In this document: piece by piece, positions 1-14,538 of the stretch
Position numbering within the stretch: position 1 is the first letter of the stretch
Layout of the letters: each line of letters opens with the position of its first letter
NCBI GenBank assembly: GCA_951406725.2
Contig: OX597815.1
Span: forward strand, 24,986,001 to 25,050,000
Direction of reading: 5' to 3'
DNA: 64,000 bases
DNA from: Octopus vulgaris
Taxonomy: Eukaryota
Notes under the pieces: generated by a model
What the model saw: only the letters and a program-made list of their open reading frames with translations
What the model was told of the DNA's origin: nothing
Database searches by the model: none
Position numbers and translations under genes: made by a program

Positions 1-228
1 GATATAATATATATATATATATATATATATAAACATAGATATAAATATACATGCATATATATAATATAAATATGAATATAATGAATATGTGTACGTGTAT
101 ATATAATATATATATAAAACACACATACACACACACACACATATACTATATATATAATATATATGTATAAATATGTATATGTATATATATATGTATGTGT
201 GTGTATATATATATATATATAATGTATA

Positions 229-282
<54 letters not shown>

Positions 283-305
283 GTATATATATATAATGTA
301 TATAT
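1..305. repeat. (TA)n / (CA)n compound microsatellite
   Basis: Direct reading of simple repeats. Confidence 0.95.
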
Positions 306-1036
306 AATAACAGTTTTATAATTGAAAATGAGACACGATTCATATGTCAAATATTGTTTGCTGCTATTTATTTGATAAAATATATCCACATATTACAAGT
401 ATTTCTAAGAAGGTTTGTTGATTGGTATGGGATTCAATTAGGAAAGTAAGAATTTAATGTACATTATTTTGGCTGTTATGAAATTTTCTCAACTCCCACT
501 ACAAAGGTGCAATGCTATTCGGTCTGTAATACGTTAACATCATATCTGAGAGATAATTTTATTAGACTTAGCGAAGTATAAGCCATTCACCTGCCTTTTA
601 GATTAACACAGATACACAAATATTTAAGCAAATGCAAAAATATACATACAGTGGCGCTTCAAAATAACCTAAAGCCCAGGGGAAACATCCTAAGGATATT
701 ATCCACATGGGAGATATGCAGAAAAGTAAGCACTAACATACCGAACATAGCGAGTATGATAACTTTAATTAATCAAGTGTCGGAAAATGGCAAAGTCTGT
801 AGAACAATAAGTAAACAAAGGCGAGGGCAAGGGCTTAAGTTAAAATTAGAGATCTTGGGGCAAGTTAGATAACTACGTTCCCAGTTTCTGTTACATCACT
901 GTGGTCTTGAATTTTTATATCTCATGTATTGCAGTTCCTCATCAAAATTAAAGTAAAGACAACTTTATATCATTGTAAAACATAATTTTTCTCTTTACAT
1001 AAACATATGTTTATTACATATTAGATTATATAGCTT

Positions 1037-1925
<889 letters not shown>

Positions 1926-2199
1926 TTGTATGTTACTAAAACAGTACATGAATGTGTGTTTTTATCTATATACATAAATATTTTCATATTTTTAGATTTA
2001 TATTCACTCTTATACATCTCACCATGTAAGATAATACTCTTCTTTTTTACCTCTCCTTATGAATCTCGATCGTCTAGATTCTTGTTCCAACTTTTTTTTT
2101 CCTATATTCAATGTATTTTTAAACCTTCCATTTATCTCTATAATTATAGTTGTTCTACCCCTTTTTCTCGCTGTTTGACGAGTCATTTCGGCCACAATT

Positions 2200-4480
2200 C
2201 GAAATCATAGTCTTCGTATTTATATCAAGGAATCCGATGCTGCAATGTTTGCTCTGAAGCAGTAAGGCTGTCTCTATGAAGTTATCCGATTCAAACAAGG
2301 ATACTTGTTGCCCCCACTTGGAAAATAACGAACTAGCAATTGCAGCGTAGCAATCCAAAAAGGTACAATGCTTACAAACTTTTTCAACATTTGCTAGCCT
2401 GATCCCTTAGCAAAAACATTGGCATTCCACCAAGTTTGGTTCCATTAAACTGGACCAGTGAGCAATGGTGACGAAGTATGCAAGTTAGTCCTATTGAAGA
2501 TTACTTGATATAAACTTTGACAGCAGCCTTTGGAAGGGAAAATACTGTAGAAACCAATCAACGTGAATGCTTATTTTTACTATTTCCTTAATTCAAGTTC
2601 ATTTTAAGATTTTCGAATAGTTAATGGCGAAATGTGCTCCACCTAAAGAGAATAAGCTTAATACTTGGAAGCCTGAGGATAATGCCAATTAGGATTAAAT
2701 ATATTCAAAAGCTTCCGCATTTCAAAAAGCCAGGAAAGATTCTTGAGGCACTTTTCGCAATACTGTAAAATTGAAATGAACCATCCAATCTAATTCAGCT
2801 TTTGCTCTAGTATTGCGATGCACTTGTGGAAGATTTCAAGAATCAAACTTAACAGATGTACCCTGGCACGGAAATAGGATACACAAATGAAATTTACAAT
2901 GCAACCTTTATTGACAACCTGACCAAGAACTTCAAAAATATAGCCTCGTTCTAGCTAAATTCAATATCTAGCTTCGAGAATTTTAAAGGTGGCATCATAT
3001 AATGCTAATATATTAACAGCTCATGGCAATGAGAATGAACTTAAACGCAATGCAGGTCAGATGACCATCTATTCTGCAATTGTTTACGGGGACTGGCAGA
3101 AAAAAGCTAGAATTTGCTATTTTGATGTTCATGTTGATATTCCTGGCTAGTCTATTGTTTACAAAAGTTCGTAAACATGGAAGCATAGCTATCGCAGTTG
3201 TTCCTCCAGATATTGCCGTCGCACAAGAGGAACTCGATAGAAGAATGTGCTGCTCGTCTGGGAGACGAACAGCTCATTTTTCTTTTAAGTTGCTCTTGGA
3301 GTTGGGCACAAATGATGCACTTGTTTGCAACATTCCCAATAATCCGGTAACCTTATAAGTTCTTAAGTTAGCCAAATGACTGTCTGGGGTGAATACACAA
3401 TAACACACAGGAGAGCGGGAAAGCTCTGGCGACTTTGGCAGCCATTTTAGGACTTGCTCAACAATAGATCTCAAATGGGGAGAGTATCAATAGTGTTATA
3501 AACACTTCTAGAGATCCCCAAAGCCGATAGAATTTCTGCTTACCTTAAATGCTCATTGCTTTGGATCAAAATTAATATATTAATCTGTCTACAAACTTGA
3601 TAATCAAACACTTGGAAGATCAGCTATTTAGTCAGTTTTGAAGATCAGTCGTTCGGTCATTTTACCAAAAATTTGTTACAAGTTGAAGAGGGAAGATTTC
3701 TCTCCGATAGTAATAATACCCTGGACCCGACCCCTTTACATACAGGAGTTAAAAACTGTATATGCATTGTTGTCAAAGGTGTACCTCTACCTGCAGGATC
3801 AATAACTAAATCAGAACTGGCCCGGCAAGTATAAATGTTTGAGTTACTATCATCAACTGACAGCTATTGCAGATATTTACTGGGAATAGCCATACATACA
3901 AATCAATAAAGACTCTTTTGGGTCAAGAAATAGTTCACTACAATGAAGAATGTAAATATTTATTGGAACCGCCAAGTCTACTGTCACACAAACGTCGGCT
4001 AAAAAGAAACGCCTCTCCAATAAATAATGTTGTCGCATAATTTAGATCATTTGTAGCTATGCAATGGCACGTGATCATGCTTATATCACTTGTTACCAAG
4101 AGAACTAATACCAGTGGATGCACCAAAAGAGCGGGTGCATTTATAGCCAGAATTTCACTCATACCAACGCATGTTCCTTTTCGATTTGGAAGACTTCACG
4201 TTCTAGAACATCTTAGTTTCACCGTGTCATACATCCCTTTGGCAAACATTGACAGTTGATGGATTGGAACTTGAGGAATATTGCTTTGCTAATAGCCAAT
4301 TTTATGTAGATTCCGCAAGAGTTGGGAGTCTTTATAACTTATCTTCATCCCTATTGACAAAACGGAAAACATTTATATCCTCAGGTATTGACATATCAGT
4401 ATTCACAATTTCCAATACTATGATGGATATAGAGCTAGGACTCACCGCAGCTTTTACTGTCATATTTCTAGCATTAAATG
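2200..4480 (+). pseudogene. Decayed autonomous Helitron Rep/PIF1-type helicase coding region (many stops and frameshifts)
   Basis: Collinear degenerate motifs of Helitron helicases: TNEIYNA (~2885), GTGRK..KVRKHGSIAIAV (Walker A region, 3080-3200), GRRTAHFSFKL, GDF, ADRISAYLKCSLLW, LEPPSL.SH, LCNGT, FIARISLIPTHVPFRFGRL, GLELEEYCFANSQFYVDSARVG (cf. GLDL..PCFSHGQLYVACSRV). Confidence 0.85.
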
Positions 4481-4724
4481 TATTGTAATTCCAATATTTT
4501 TCCGTGGGTGTTTTCTCTGAGACTCCGACCTTTGCAAGTTGTAAGAATGCTGCATGAATTAAAGAATTTCAAGAATAAAAAGTAATATATTATGTTCAAT
4601 AATACTTTCAAATGAAATAAAACTGCTTTTACTTTTACGTAATCCTCCTTACTTAATTTTCTTGAATTAGACATATATCACTTATACAACTAAGTTACAA
4701 AATATGCTGTTGATATTGTGTATA

Positions 4725-5125
4725 GGGCTGGAAAAATCGTTACCACGCCGGGAAAAATGCTTAGCGGCATTTCGTCCGTCTTTATGTTCTGAGTTCAAAT
4801 TCCACCGAAGTCGACTTTGCCTTTCATCCTTTCGGGGTCGATAAGATAAGTACCAGTTGAAAACTAGAGTCGATGTAATCAAACTGCTCATCCCCAAAAT
4901 TGTTGGCCTTGTGTCGAAATTTGAAGCCGATACTGATAACGTATAAGGTGGCGAGCTGGCAGAATCATAAGCACGCTGGTTAAAATGCTTAGCGACAGAA
5001 GTCGGCTTTACCTTTCATCTTTCGGGGTCGATAAAATAAGTACTAGTTGAGCAGAGGAGTCGATGTAGTCGACTTACTCCTTTCTCCGAAATTGCTGGTC
5101 TTGTACCAAAATTTGAAGCCAATAT
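4725..5125 (+). mobile_element. Two adjacent SINE family A copies (old tail type ..GGCCTTGTGCCAAAATTTGAAACC)
   Basis: tRNA-like head GGCGAGCTGGCAGAA..GAGTTCAAATTCC and core GCCTTTCATCCTTTCGGGGTCGATAA..AGTACC, which resembles the MetaSINE core domain (from recall). Confidence 0.85.
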
Positions 5126-5599
5126 TGAGTGCGTATCTGTAGCAGAGTATATTAGACACTGGAGTACTGTAAATGCATTAAATAACTATCTCATTTCTTA
5201 CATGAAAAGTAACTTTGCAAGGAAAATCCAATAGTCCTCTAATAAACTGAATATGCCTTCATTAGGAACAATTCTTCTTTCAGTACAATTTATAGTTACT
5301 TTACAGCCTGTGCAGCGACGGATATTCCTGTTACAATACACATATATATATGTGTGTATGTGTGGGTGTGAGAGTGAGTATGTATGTATGTATGGATGGA
5401 TGGATGGGTGGATGGATGGATATGCACAGATGGGAAATAGAAATTTACTTACGTTTCGTATAAACTCTTTTTTTTTTGCAAGACAGAGGAAAAGAAAATT
5501 ATTTAATTGGTTCTATGTCTTTGACTTGACAACTTACCTTAGTAACTGTCGTGTGGACGCCCCCAGACGATGAAGTAGGCTAGCCCAATACGTAGATAT

Positions 5600-5743
5600 A
5601 TATTTCTATACTGCCCACAAGGGGCTACACATAGAGGGGACAAACAAGGATAGACAAAAGGATTAAATCGATTACATCGACTCCAGTGCGAAACTGGTAA
5701 TTTATTTATCGACCCCGAAAGGATGAAAGGCAAAGTCGACCTC
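5600..5743 (-). mobile_element. 5'-truncated SINE family A with TSD
   Basis: Flanked by the direct repeat CCCAATAC(G/A)TAGATATA at ~5584 and ~5743. Confidence 0.85.
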
Positions 5744-5796
5744 CCAATACATAGATATAGTGGGAGAAGCCTAGACGTCAGAGTTCAGACTAGAAC

Positions 5797-6038
5797 AGTT
5801 GAGTAGCAGTCGGTTGAGTCAAGCACAGCTGTGTAGAGCACAGTTGAGTAGCAGTCGGTTGAGTCAAGCACAGCTGTGTAGAGCACAGTTGAGTAGCAGT
5901 CGGTTCAGTCAAGCACAGCTGTGTAGAGCACAGTTGAGTAGTAGTCGGTTGAGTCAAGCACAGCTGTGTAGAGCACAGTTGAGTAGCAGTCGGTTGAGTC
6001 AAGCACAGCTGTGTAGAGCACAGTTGAGTAGCAGTCGG
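5797..6038. repeat. 45-bp minisatellite, about 5.4 copies
   Basis: Unit CAGTTGAGTAGCAGTCGGTTGAGTCAAGCACAGCTGTGTAGAGCA, nearly identical copies, no spacers. Confidence 0.95.
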
Positions 6039-6244
6039 AGTGGAGAGTAGAGTTGAGTAGAAGGCATCTGAACGTGCGACATAACAGTAACGCATATCAG
6101 TTTGCATGAATTCTGTTCAAGAAAGTTTGTTGGATTTTTAGATTCTAGTCAATGATTACACCAATATATTCCTAATCCCCCAGCACATTAAAAGATAAGA
6201 ATAACTCAGATAGGCGCAGGAGTGGCTGTGTGGTAAGTAGCTTG

Positions 6245-6580
6245 CAGGCCTCGACTTGTCGTCGCAGAGTTGTCTGCGGGCGGCAAATCACTTTGCTTTG
6301 GGGACCTGACAGGGAGAATTGTTGTGATTTTATGTACTGCCCTTGTGGCAAATGAAATGAAAGAAAGAGGTTAATTGCCTCATGTGACATTTGTAAAATT
6401 TTGAACATTTTTGAACTTATTGAAAAAAAGAACTTATTGTCTTAGAGAAGCGGGGGTCGGCGGGCGCTTTCGTCTTCTCCCATCACCATCTTCGTTCCTT
6501 CATCATCATTCATTAATGTCTATGTCCAGCCCGCGAAGCTACTCTCTGTGTACTGCCCTTGTGGCAAATTAAATAAAATT
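6245..6580 (+). mobile_element. Non-LTR retrotransposon 3' fragments (two stacked 3' ends) inserted in the SINE B head
   Basis: TSD AAGTAGCTTG (6235-6244, 6581-6590); tail TGTACTGCCCTTGTGGCAAAT occurs twice (~6333, ~6549). Confidence 0.7.
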
Positions 6581-6849
6581 AAGTAGCTTGTTTACCAACC
6601 ACATGGTTCCGGGTTCAGTCCCACTGCGTGGCACCTTGGACAAGTGTCTTCTACTATAGCCTCGGGACGACCAAAGCCTTGTGAGTGGATTTGGTAGACG
6701 GAAACTGAAAGAAGCCCGTCGTATACGCACACACATACACACACCCACTCACACACACACATTTGCATATATATATACATTACACTTACACACACTATGT
6801 GTGTGTCCACCATACACACACATACACACACACGCACACACTCATACAC

Positions 6850-7154
6850 ACACCCTCATTTTCTCGCACACCTTTTTTACCATTCCCTCTTTGATTCAGC
6901 TCTCCTGTTTTTAAAAAACATTTTCCTCCTTTTTTACTACTTCCGTCTTTTCAGTATGTGACCTCGTGAAGACTACCTGCAATTTTTTTTTCCTCTGTCC
7001 TCCCGTCTCGGGATCTTTCTTTCTCCTATGTTTCCGACGAAGAGCTCCGCTCGAAACGTCTACCCTCCTTCTTCCATTTTCCTGAGCGCCTAATAATAAT
7101 AATACTGTAATTGTTCCACGTGTTGTTGTTTTTTCTGTTTTCCCGTTTGGATTA

Positions 7155-7158
<4 letters not shown>
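6850..7158 (+). mobile_element. Penelope-like pLTR fragment with degenerate hammerhead motif (7030-7064)
   Basis: CCGACGA-A-GAGC tcc GCTC-GAAA-CG-TC; sits in the microsatellite of SINE B and ends in (TA)n. Confidence 0.6.
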
Positions 7159-7204
<46 letters not shown>

Positions 7205-8579
7205 CGTGTGTGTGTTTGTGTATCTGTGTTTGTCCCCGCTAGCATTGCTTGACAACCGATGCTGGTGTGTTTATGTCCCCGTTACTTAGCGGTTCGGCAA
7301 AAAGAGACCGATAGAATAAGTACTGGGCTTACAAAAAGAATAAGTCCCGGGGTCGAGTTGCTCGATTAAAGGCGGTGCTCCAGCATGGCCGCAATCAAAT
7401 GACTGAAATAAGTAAAAGAGTAAAAGAGAGTAAAGAGAGAGTTCGAATCAGAAATATACCAAAAGAGAGAGAAACGGACGGTGGAGAAGACATTTCCAGC
7501 CTCAGGTGTAAAGACGCACAAAATATTCTCTGATCTGTTGTTTCTATTAAATTAGGACATCTAAAGTGCCTTTGTTCCTTGGCACAGAGAAACCTTGCAT
7601 CTCCATTTAGACTGGGTCTAAATGTAAGCACTTACATATCTCTGCATATAAAATAATTGTTACCAATTAAATAAAACACTCAGTTATGGTTTATTTTTCT
7701 CTTCAAATCTTAGCACTCTCATTATCATCCAAAATTGCGGTCATGCTTTACCACTTTAAGCTTTTTGTTTCTCTTAGCTATGGTCGTTTTTTTGTTTTTT
7801 CTTTTAGACTTAACTTTATTCTATTCTTACTTTTTTTTTATCAGATTACTCGCTACTTAACATCCATATTACACTTCCTTTCTTCTCTTTTACTCATTCC
7901 CATTTAAATCTCAACGAATATACTTGCTCTATCTCATTTAAATTTATTTTGAAAACAATTAAAACCCGAAAAGCTGCTTTTAAAAAGATATTTGATATTT
8001 ATCCGTGACGTTTTATGTTTTAAATATTTAATCTTTACACAAATCTTTGAGGGGAGGAACTATCAAGATTTTGCGAAGTGTGTGTGTATGTAGACATATG
8101 TATATACGCCTATGTGTATATATGTGTATTTGTCTCTGCACGCCATTGTATTACACGCGCAGGCGCCTGCACACACACACACACAGATACGCGCACGCAT
8201 ACACACTCGCGCACACACATGCGGATGAAGGAATGTATACATATATATACACTCTATGTATGCATTCATGTTAAAATTTTACGTTACAGAAATCGTTCGT
8301 TATTCTGATAATGGTCTCTTACCTCGCGTACGTGAAATACATTTTCATTCTTTCAATCTGATCCTCTAATACGCTCTCTATATGCCAGGTGTTCCCATAT
8401 GTCAGCTGTAGGATAATAAGGCAAATGAAAGACCCAGATTATGTTTCTATAAACTGCATCCTTATTGTGAATCTCTTACACACTACAAAAACTACGAATA
8501 TCATTTACGCTACTCCAACCAATTGTGCCATAGAGACTATGATCATATTATTTACTAGAAATAGCAGCTTAATCTCACT

Positions 8580-8804
8580 CTCTTTACTCTTTACTCTTTT
8601 ATTAGTTTCAGTCATTTGACTGCGGCCATGCTGGAGCACCGCCTTTAATCGAGCAACTCGACCCCGGGACTTATTCTTTTGTAAGCCCAGTACTTATTCT
8701 ATCGGTCTCTTTTGCCGAACCGCCAAGTAACGGGGACATAAACACGCCAGCATCGGTTGTCAAGCAATGCTAGGGGGACAAACACAGACACACAAACACA
8801 CACA

Positions 8805-8852
<48 letters not shown>

Positions 8853-9020
8853 CATACGACGGGCTTCTTTCAGTTTCCGTCTACCAAATCCACTCACAAG
8901 GCTTTGGTCGACCCGAGGCTATAGTAGAAGACACTTGCCCAAGGTGCCACGCAGTGGGACTGAACCCGGAACCATGAGGTTGGTAAACAAGCTACTTACC
9001 ACACAGCCACTCCTGCGCCT
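8580..9020 (-). mobile_element. Full-length SINE family B
   Basis: Reverse complement of head, body and tail; internal (TA)n. Confidence 0.9.
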
Positions 9021-10126
9021 CTTTACTATCTTAAAAGAAAACATGGTTGTAATGTGATGCTAAATATGCTGTGACTGTAAACTCTATGAAATTTTCACAG
9101 CTGGTCCTACATTTTCATAGCTGGTCATACATTTGGTCATATGTATAGATTTTTAGGATTGATTTGGGGTTAAACATCGACAGCATCACTCAAATGGAAT
9201 ATTTTACAGAGAAATTATTTTATTTTTATTGATCTTTTCTCTAATTTAAATAACAAGTTCTGTAATTAAAATATTGATTTCTAACATAGGTATGATTCAA
9301 ATTTGAAGTAGGGGTGTAATCGAATGATATTGATCTCAGTATTATGTGAGTGCTTTATTTTATCGAACCCCAAAAGGTAAATTGGTCTCAGTGGGAATTG
9401 AACCCAGAATATAAGAAAAGTAACTCTATACTCTAAAGAAAATTTTCATTCGATGCTCTGACGTTTCTACTAAATCACCGCCATTTTAGTTCGAAATATT
9501 AGAAAATGAAAATAGTTCTTCTGATTATTCTCATCCAAGGCAACCAAACAACTAAATTTTCGGCAGGAATAATAAGATAATCGATATTATAATAATTATT
9601 AGGAAAACAGTGGGAAAATAGAAGAAAATATACTAATAAATTATTTTTATTATAACATAGCTAGCAGTGGTTTCCAAACTTATTTTGTTGTGGAACACCT
9701 AGAATTTTTCACAGAATGCCAAGTTTATCGGAAATCATTTTGGCAAACGCTATCCTGGAAGAATCATTTCCGCTCAATTTATCTCAAATAACCCACGAAT
9801 TATTTATTTCAGTTAAATTGAGCAGAAATGTTACATTTTAACATTCATTCTCATAATCACATGTTAAAAAAGAACTCTGTATCATCGTTCTAGAAATGAT
9901 AAGCGCTAAATTCATCGTGATTTGCATTCCTGATTTAAAATTTTGTATAAATATAATGACTGATATCAACAAAAACAGCTAGCAACATCTAATGAATTCT
10001 TAATTTTTCGACATCTGAAATATTTCTGTACACGCAATTTTTTTTTTTTTTATCTGTTCTGCTTGCAGATGAAGTTTGCGGAATATATTCTTGTATTTTC
10101 ATATTTTAATATTTTCTTATTCTTAA

Positions 10127-10782
10127 AGGCGGCGAGCTGGCAGAAACGTTAGCACGCCGGGCGAAATGCCTAGCGGTATTTCGTCCGCTGCTGCGTTCTG
10201 AGTTCAAATACCGCCGAGATCGACTTTGCCTTTCATCTTTCGGGGTCGATAAATTAAGTACAAGTTACGCACTGGGGTCGATGTAATCGACTTAATCCCT
10301 TTGTCTGTCCTTGTTTGTCCCCTCTATGTTTAGCCTCTTGTGGGCAATAAAGAAATAATAATCGTAACTGCTCCGGACAAAATGCTTAGCAGCATTTCGT
10401 CTGTCTTTACGTTCAAATTCTGGCAAGGTCGACTTGCTTTTCGACTTTCAGATTTGATAAAATAAGTACCAGTTGAGCACTGGGGTCGATATAATCGACT
10501 TACCATGCCCCAGAACTTGATGGCCTTGTTCCAAAATTTGAAACTAATATTTTCTTATTCTTCAAGGCGGTGGCTGCCAGAATCGTTAACAGACCAGGCA
10601 AAATGCTTAGCGGAATTTCGTCCGTCTTTACATTCTAAGTTCAAATTCCGCCGAGGTCGGCTTTGCTTTTCATCCTTTCGGAGTCGATAAAATAAGTACC
10701 AGTTGAGTATTGGGGGTCGGTGTAATCGACTTACCCTCTCTTCTGAAATTTCTGGCCTTGTGCCAAAATTTGAAACCAATAT
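10127..10782 (+). mobile_element. Cluster of three SINE family A copies (first with Tx1-type tail, others old tail)
   Basis: Repeated head and core motifs. Confidence 0.85.
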
Positions 10783-11164
10783 TTTCTTATTCTTTTACTG
10801 CTTTCAGTCACCGTGCAATGGCCATACTGGAGCACAACAATTTTTAAGTTACCGGCTATTCTTATGTTGGACTTCGACCATGCCGGGTCACCGGCTTGAA
10901 GGGCTTTGTCGGTCAAATCGCCCCAAGTACTTGCATTTTTTTAAAGTCTGTTGCTTATTCTGTTGGTCCCTTTTGCTGAACAGCTAAGTTACGAGATGTA
11001 AACAACCCGATCCCGGTTGTTAAGCAATGATGGAGGGACAAATAAAAAAAAAAGCGGCAGATATGTTAAGAAATTTGCTTCAAAATTGCATGGTTCTGGT
11101 TTCAGTCCCACTGCGTGGCACCTTGGGCAATTGTCTTCTTCTGCAGCAAAAAACCCATTGCGTG

Positions 11165-11269
11165 GATACATACATACACACACACACTCACACACACACA
11201 CACACACACACATACATACATACATACATACATACATACATACATACATTTATACATACATACATACAT

Positions 11270-11306
<37 letters not shown>

Positions 11307-11466
11307 TACATACATACATACATACATACATAAACACATACATACATACATACATACATACATACATACGTACATATATACATATATACATACATACATT
11401 TATACATACATACACACACACATACATACATACATACATACATGCATACATACATACATTTATACA

Positions 11467-11498
<32 letters not shown>

Positions 11499-11500
11499 CA
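11165..11500. repeat. (TACA)n/(CA)n microsatellite
   Basis: Direct reading. Confidence 0.95.
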
Positions 11501-11518
11501 TATGTGTGTGTGTTTATA

Positions 11519-11769
11519 CAGCGTTGGCCAAAAGTCACCCGACAATAAATCAAAATTCCGTAAATATTTAATATTCAATTTTATTTATTCATTCCAATTA
11601 TGAATGTTTAATAATTGAATGTTGTGAGTTAAAATCACTGTTTTTTTTGGTTTTTTTTCAACATTTGTCTATTTATTAACGAAATCTCATATAAATTTTT
11701 TTTTTTTGTTTTAATCTTGGAATAAAACGGTTTCTGATTTACTGTCAGGTTACTTTTGGCCAACCTCTG
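11519..11769. mobile_element. Tc1/mariner-type MITE
   Basis: TA|CAGCGTTGGCCAAAAGTCACCCGACAATAAATCA ... TGATTTACTGTCAGGTTACTTTTGGCCAACCTCTG|TA: about 35-bp TIRs and TA TSD. Confidence 0.85.
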
Positions 11770-11779
11770 TATATCTATG

Positions 11780-11849
11780 TGTGTGTCCCAGTATGAACCG
11801 CAGTCCAGTGACTGAAAGAAGTGAAAATAGAAAATATAACAAACAAAAC

Positions 11850-11948
<99 letters not shown>

Positions 11949-12660
11949 TGTGTGTGTGTACATATACAACGAGCTTCCACGCAATTTTCGTCTGCCAAAT
12001 TCACCCACAAGGTATTGGTTGGCCTGGAGCTATAGCAGATGACACTTGAACAAGGTTCTACGTAGTGAAACTGAACCCAAGCTTCTGAACCACACAGCTT
12101 GTTTGTTTGCTTTGGGTGAGAGGGGCGACTTTCGATATTTTATATCTGATGGGCATGTGATTCTCACAAAACTGAAGGGTCTTTGTTTCCTATTCCAGAA
12201 CACTAAAGCTTGTCTAGTGAGTGTTTGCGTTCCGTGGGAGCTTTGGTTCGAACCTTCTACCGTTGTGTTTAAGATGCTCGCTTTGCAGCCACGGGATTTC
12301 GGGTTCAGTCAAACCACTGCTTTGTGAGTAAATTTGGTAGTTGGAACTATGCTGGAACCAATCGTGTGTGCGTGTGGTGTGTGTGTGTGTATGTGTGTGT
12401 GTGTGTGTATGTATGTGTGTGTGATGTGTGCGCGTGTGTGTTTGTGTACGATTTTGCCCCCTCCCTTGCTTGATAACTGGTGTTGGTTTGTTTACGTCCC
12501 CGTAGCATTACGGCTTGGCAAGAGAAACAGACGGAATAAATAAATACTAAGGGTGTTTATCCTTTATCCTAAGTACTGGGGGTCGATTTGTTCGACAAAC
12601 TTTTCAAGGCTGTACCCAAGCATGGCCGCAGTTCAATCACAGAAACTAGTAAAAGATCAA
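11780..12660. mobile_element. Two diverged SINE family B copies in opposite orientation
   Basis: Degenerate body and tail motifs with internal (GT)n. Confidence 0.65.
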
Positions 12661-12869
12661 CAATAAAAAAAAAGTCAAGACTATAAGAGTCAAGACTATT
12701 GAAAAGTTAGCAAGACGCAACGAAAATTTTATGAAAATAAAAATACGAAATAAGTGGAAATTTTACCGGTGAGTGTGTCACTTTATAAGGCACAAAAAGA
12801 AAATGACTCTCCCCAGACACGACAGAATATGCTTCAACACACGAACTCATATAAAGAATCTTGCGAACC

Positions 12870-13097
12870 TATTTCTTTATTACCCACAAGGGGCTAAACA
12901 CAGAGGGGACAAACAAAAACAGACATAGGTATTAAGTCGATTACATCGACCCCAGTGCGTAACTGGTACTTAATTTATCGACCCCGAAAGGATGAAAGGC
13001 AAAGTTGACCTCGGCGGAATTTGAACTCACAACGTAACGCAGACGAAATACCGCTAAGCATTTCGTCCGGCCTGCTAACGTTTCTGCCAGCTCGCCC
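12870..13097 (-). mobile_element. SINE family A (Tx1-type tail, T-variant)
   Basis: Complete head, core and tail on the minus strand. Confidence 0.9.
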
Positions 13098-13418
13098 AAA
13101 TCCAAAAACGAAAACCAATAAAAAAGATAAGCTGATAAATACCCACATGCAAATACACTCACTGTTCCAGTTTCTGCACTGATGCAGGTGTACGAACGTT
13201 CAGTGCAGTTCGTAAGCAAGACACTTTGCATTATTCTATGGGACGCATTTCGCTTAACTGACGAGAACATGACTAAAGTATATTTTAATAGATACTTTTA
13301 ATCACGAAAATCAATACCTCTTGCTTTTGTGACTCGTCTCTTTTCTTTCGTTATGTGGTTCTATGTCATTCATTACACATATTGTTGCAACGATCCATAT
13401 TAATTAAACAGCGGAATG

Positions 13419-13655
13419 AATGGACGAACAGACGAACAATTTTAGCAACTAGAATGAATTTTAAAAATATTGGGAAATTATTACATATATATTATAAATT
13501 TAAAAGGATAACGAAAAAGGTTGTAATAGATTTAATAGTTTCTCGATATCGTAAACATAGCAAACTGCTTTTGAATTGCTATGGTAATAGAAAAGTATAT
13601 TGTTACACATGGGACAGACACATGATTTGTTTTATAAATAAACGTGTATACATAC
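13419..13655. repeat. Left arm of a ~237-bp inverted duplication (partner 15323-15559)
   Basis: Reverse-complement identity read directly, few mismatches or indels. Confidence 0.9.
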
Positions 13656-13692
13656 ATACATATGTACATACATACATACATACATACATACA

Positions 13693-13728
<36 letters not shown>

Positions 13729-14497
13729 TGCATATATATTTATATACATATAAATACATATACATGTGTATATGCACATATATATTAGTATGTATGTGTG
13801 CATATACATATATACATATGTACATATATATATATGTATGTATATATGTATATATGTGTGTGTGTGTCTGTGTCCGTGTGTATATGCATATACTCACACA
13901 TAACACACATGCACACACACACACATATATATACAGACATATATTTACACAAACGCACACACACGTGTGTGTGTGTCTGTGTCCGCGTGTATATGCATAC
14001 ACACACACATAACACACATGCACACACACACACACACATATACAGACATATATATATATACAGACACACATTCACACACACTCACATACACACGCACGCA
14101 CGCACACACGCACGCACACACACGCGCACACGTATATATTTGTATATATGAATTTGTGCGTGCATGTGTGTTTATGAGTATAATAGACACATCAACTAAA
14201 TTTGAGCGCATTTGAAAGAAAGAATAAAGAACGAATGTAAAAACCTAATTAAGACAAAAATAGGGGAAAAAATTGCATGTAATACCAATGAGCTGTACAC
14301 AATTTTCAAGTTGAAACTCCAGGAAATTACAATATAATGACTAGGATGGAATTTGAAAACAAAATATTCAAAAAGTTATAAACAGAATTGAAATAGTTAT
14401 GTAGTTAATACCCTGGTGACAAAATATATTAGAGTAAGCGAGACAGATAGACACTTGTATGGTGTGTGAGTGTATTAGTGAGTGAGTGTGTGCGTGC

Positions 14498-14538
<41 letters not shown>

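Larger units (their letters stand above)
5547..6081. mobile_element. Possible solo LTR containing a SINE insertion and a 45-bp minisatellite
   Basis: Starts TGTCG (5547) and ends CGACA (6081); flanked by TAAC on both sides (5543-5546, 6082-6085). Confidence 0.35.
6212..7440 (+). mobile_element. SINE family B (tRNA-derived head, internal microsatellite), interrupted by two insertions
   Basis: Head GGCGCAGGAGTGGCTGTGTGGTAAG..GGGTTCAGTCCC, CORE-like CCTTGG(G)CAAGT, tail CCAGCATGGCCGCA.TCAAATGACTGAAA..(GTAAAAGA)n. Confidence 0.9.

Noticed and set aside
3080-4350. Host PIF1 helicase gene
   Set aside because: Intronless, riddled with stops and frameshifts, and preceded by Helitron-type linker motifs
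5797-6038. CRISPR-like regular array / repeat-protein ORFs 5790-6107
   Set aside because: Contiguous identical units with no unique spacers, no cas genes, eukaryotic context; ORFs are a by-product of a 45-bp unit
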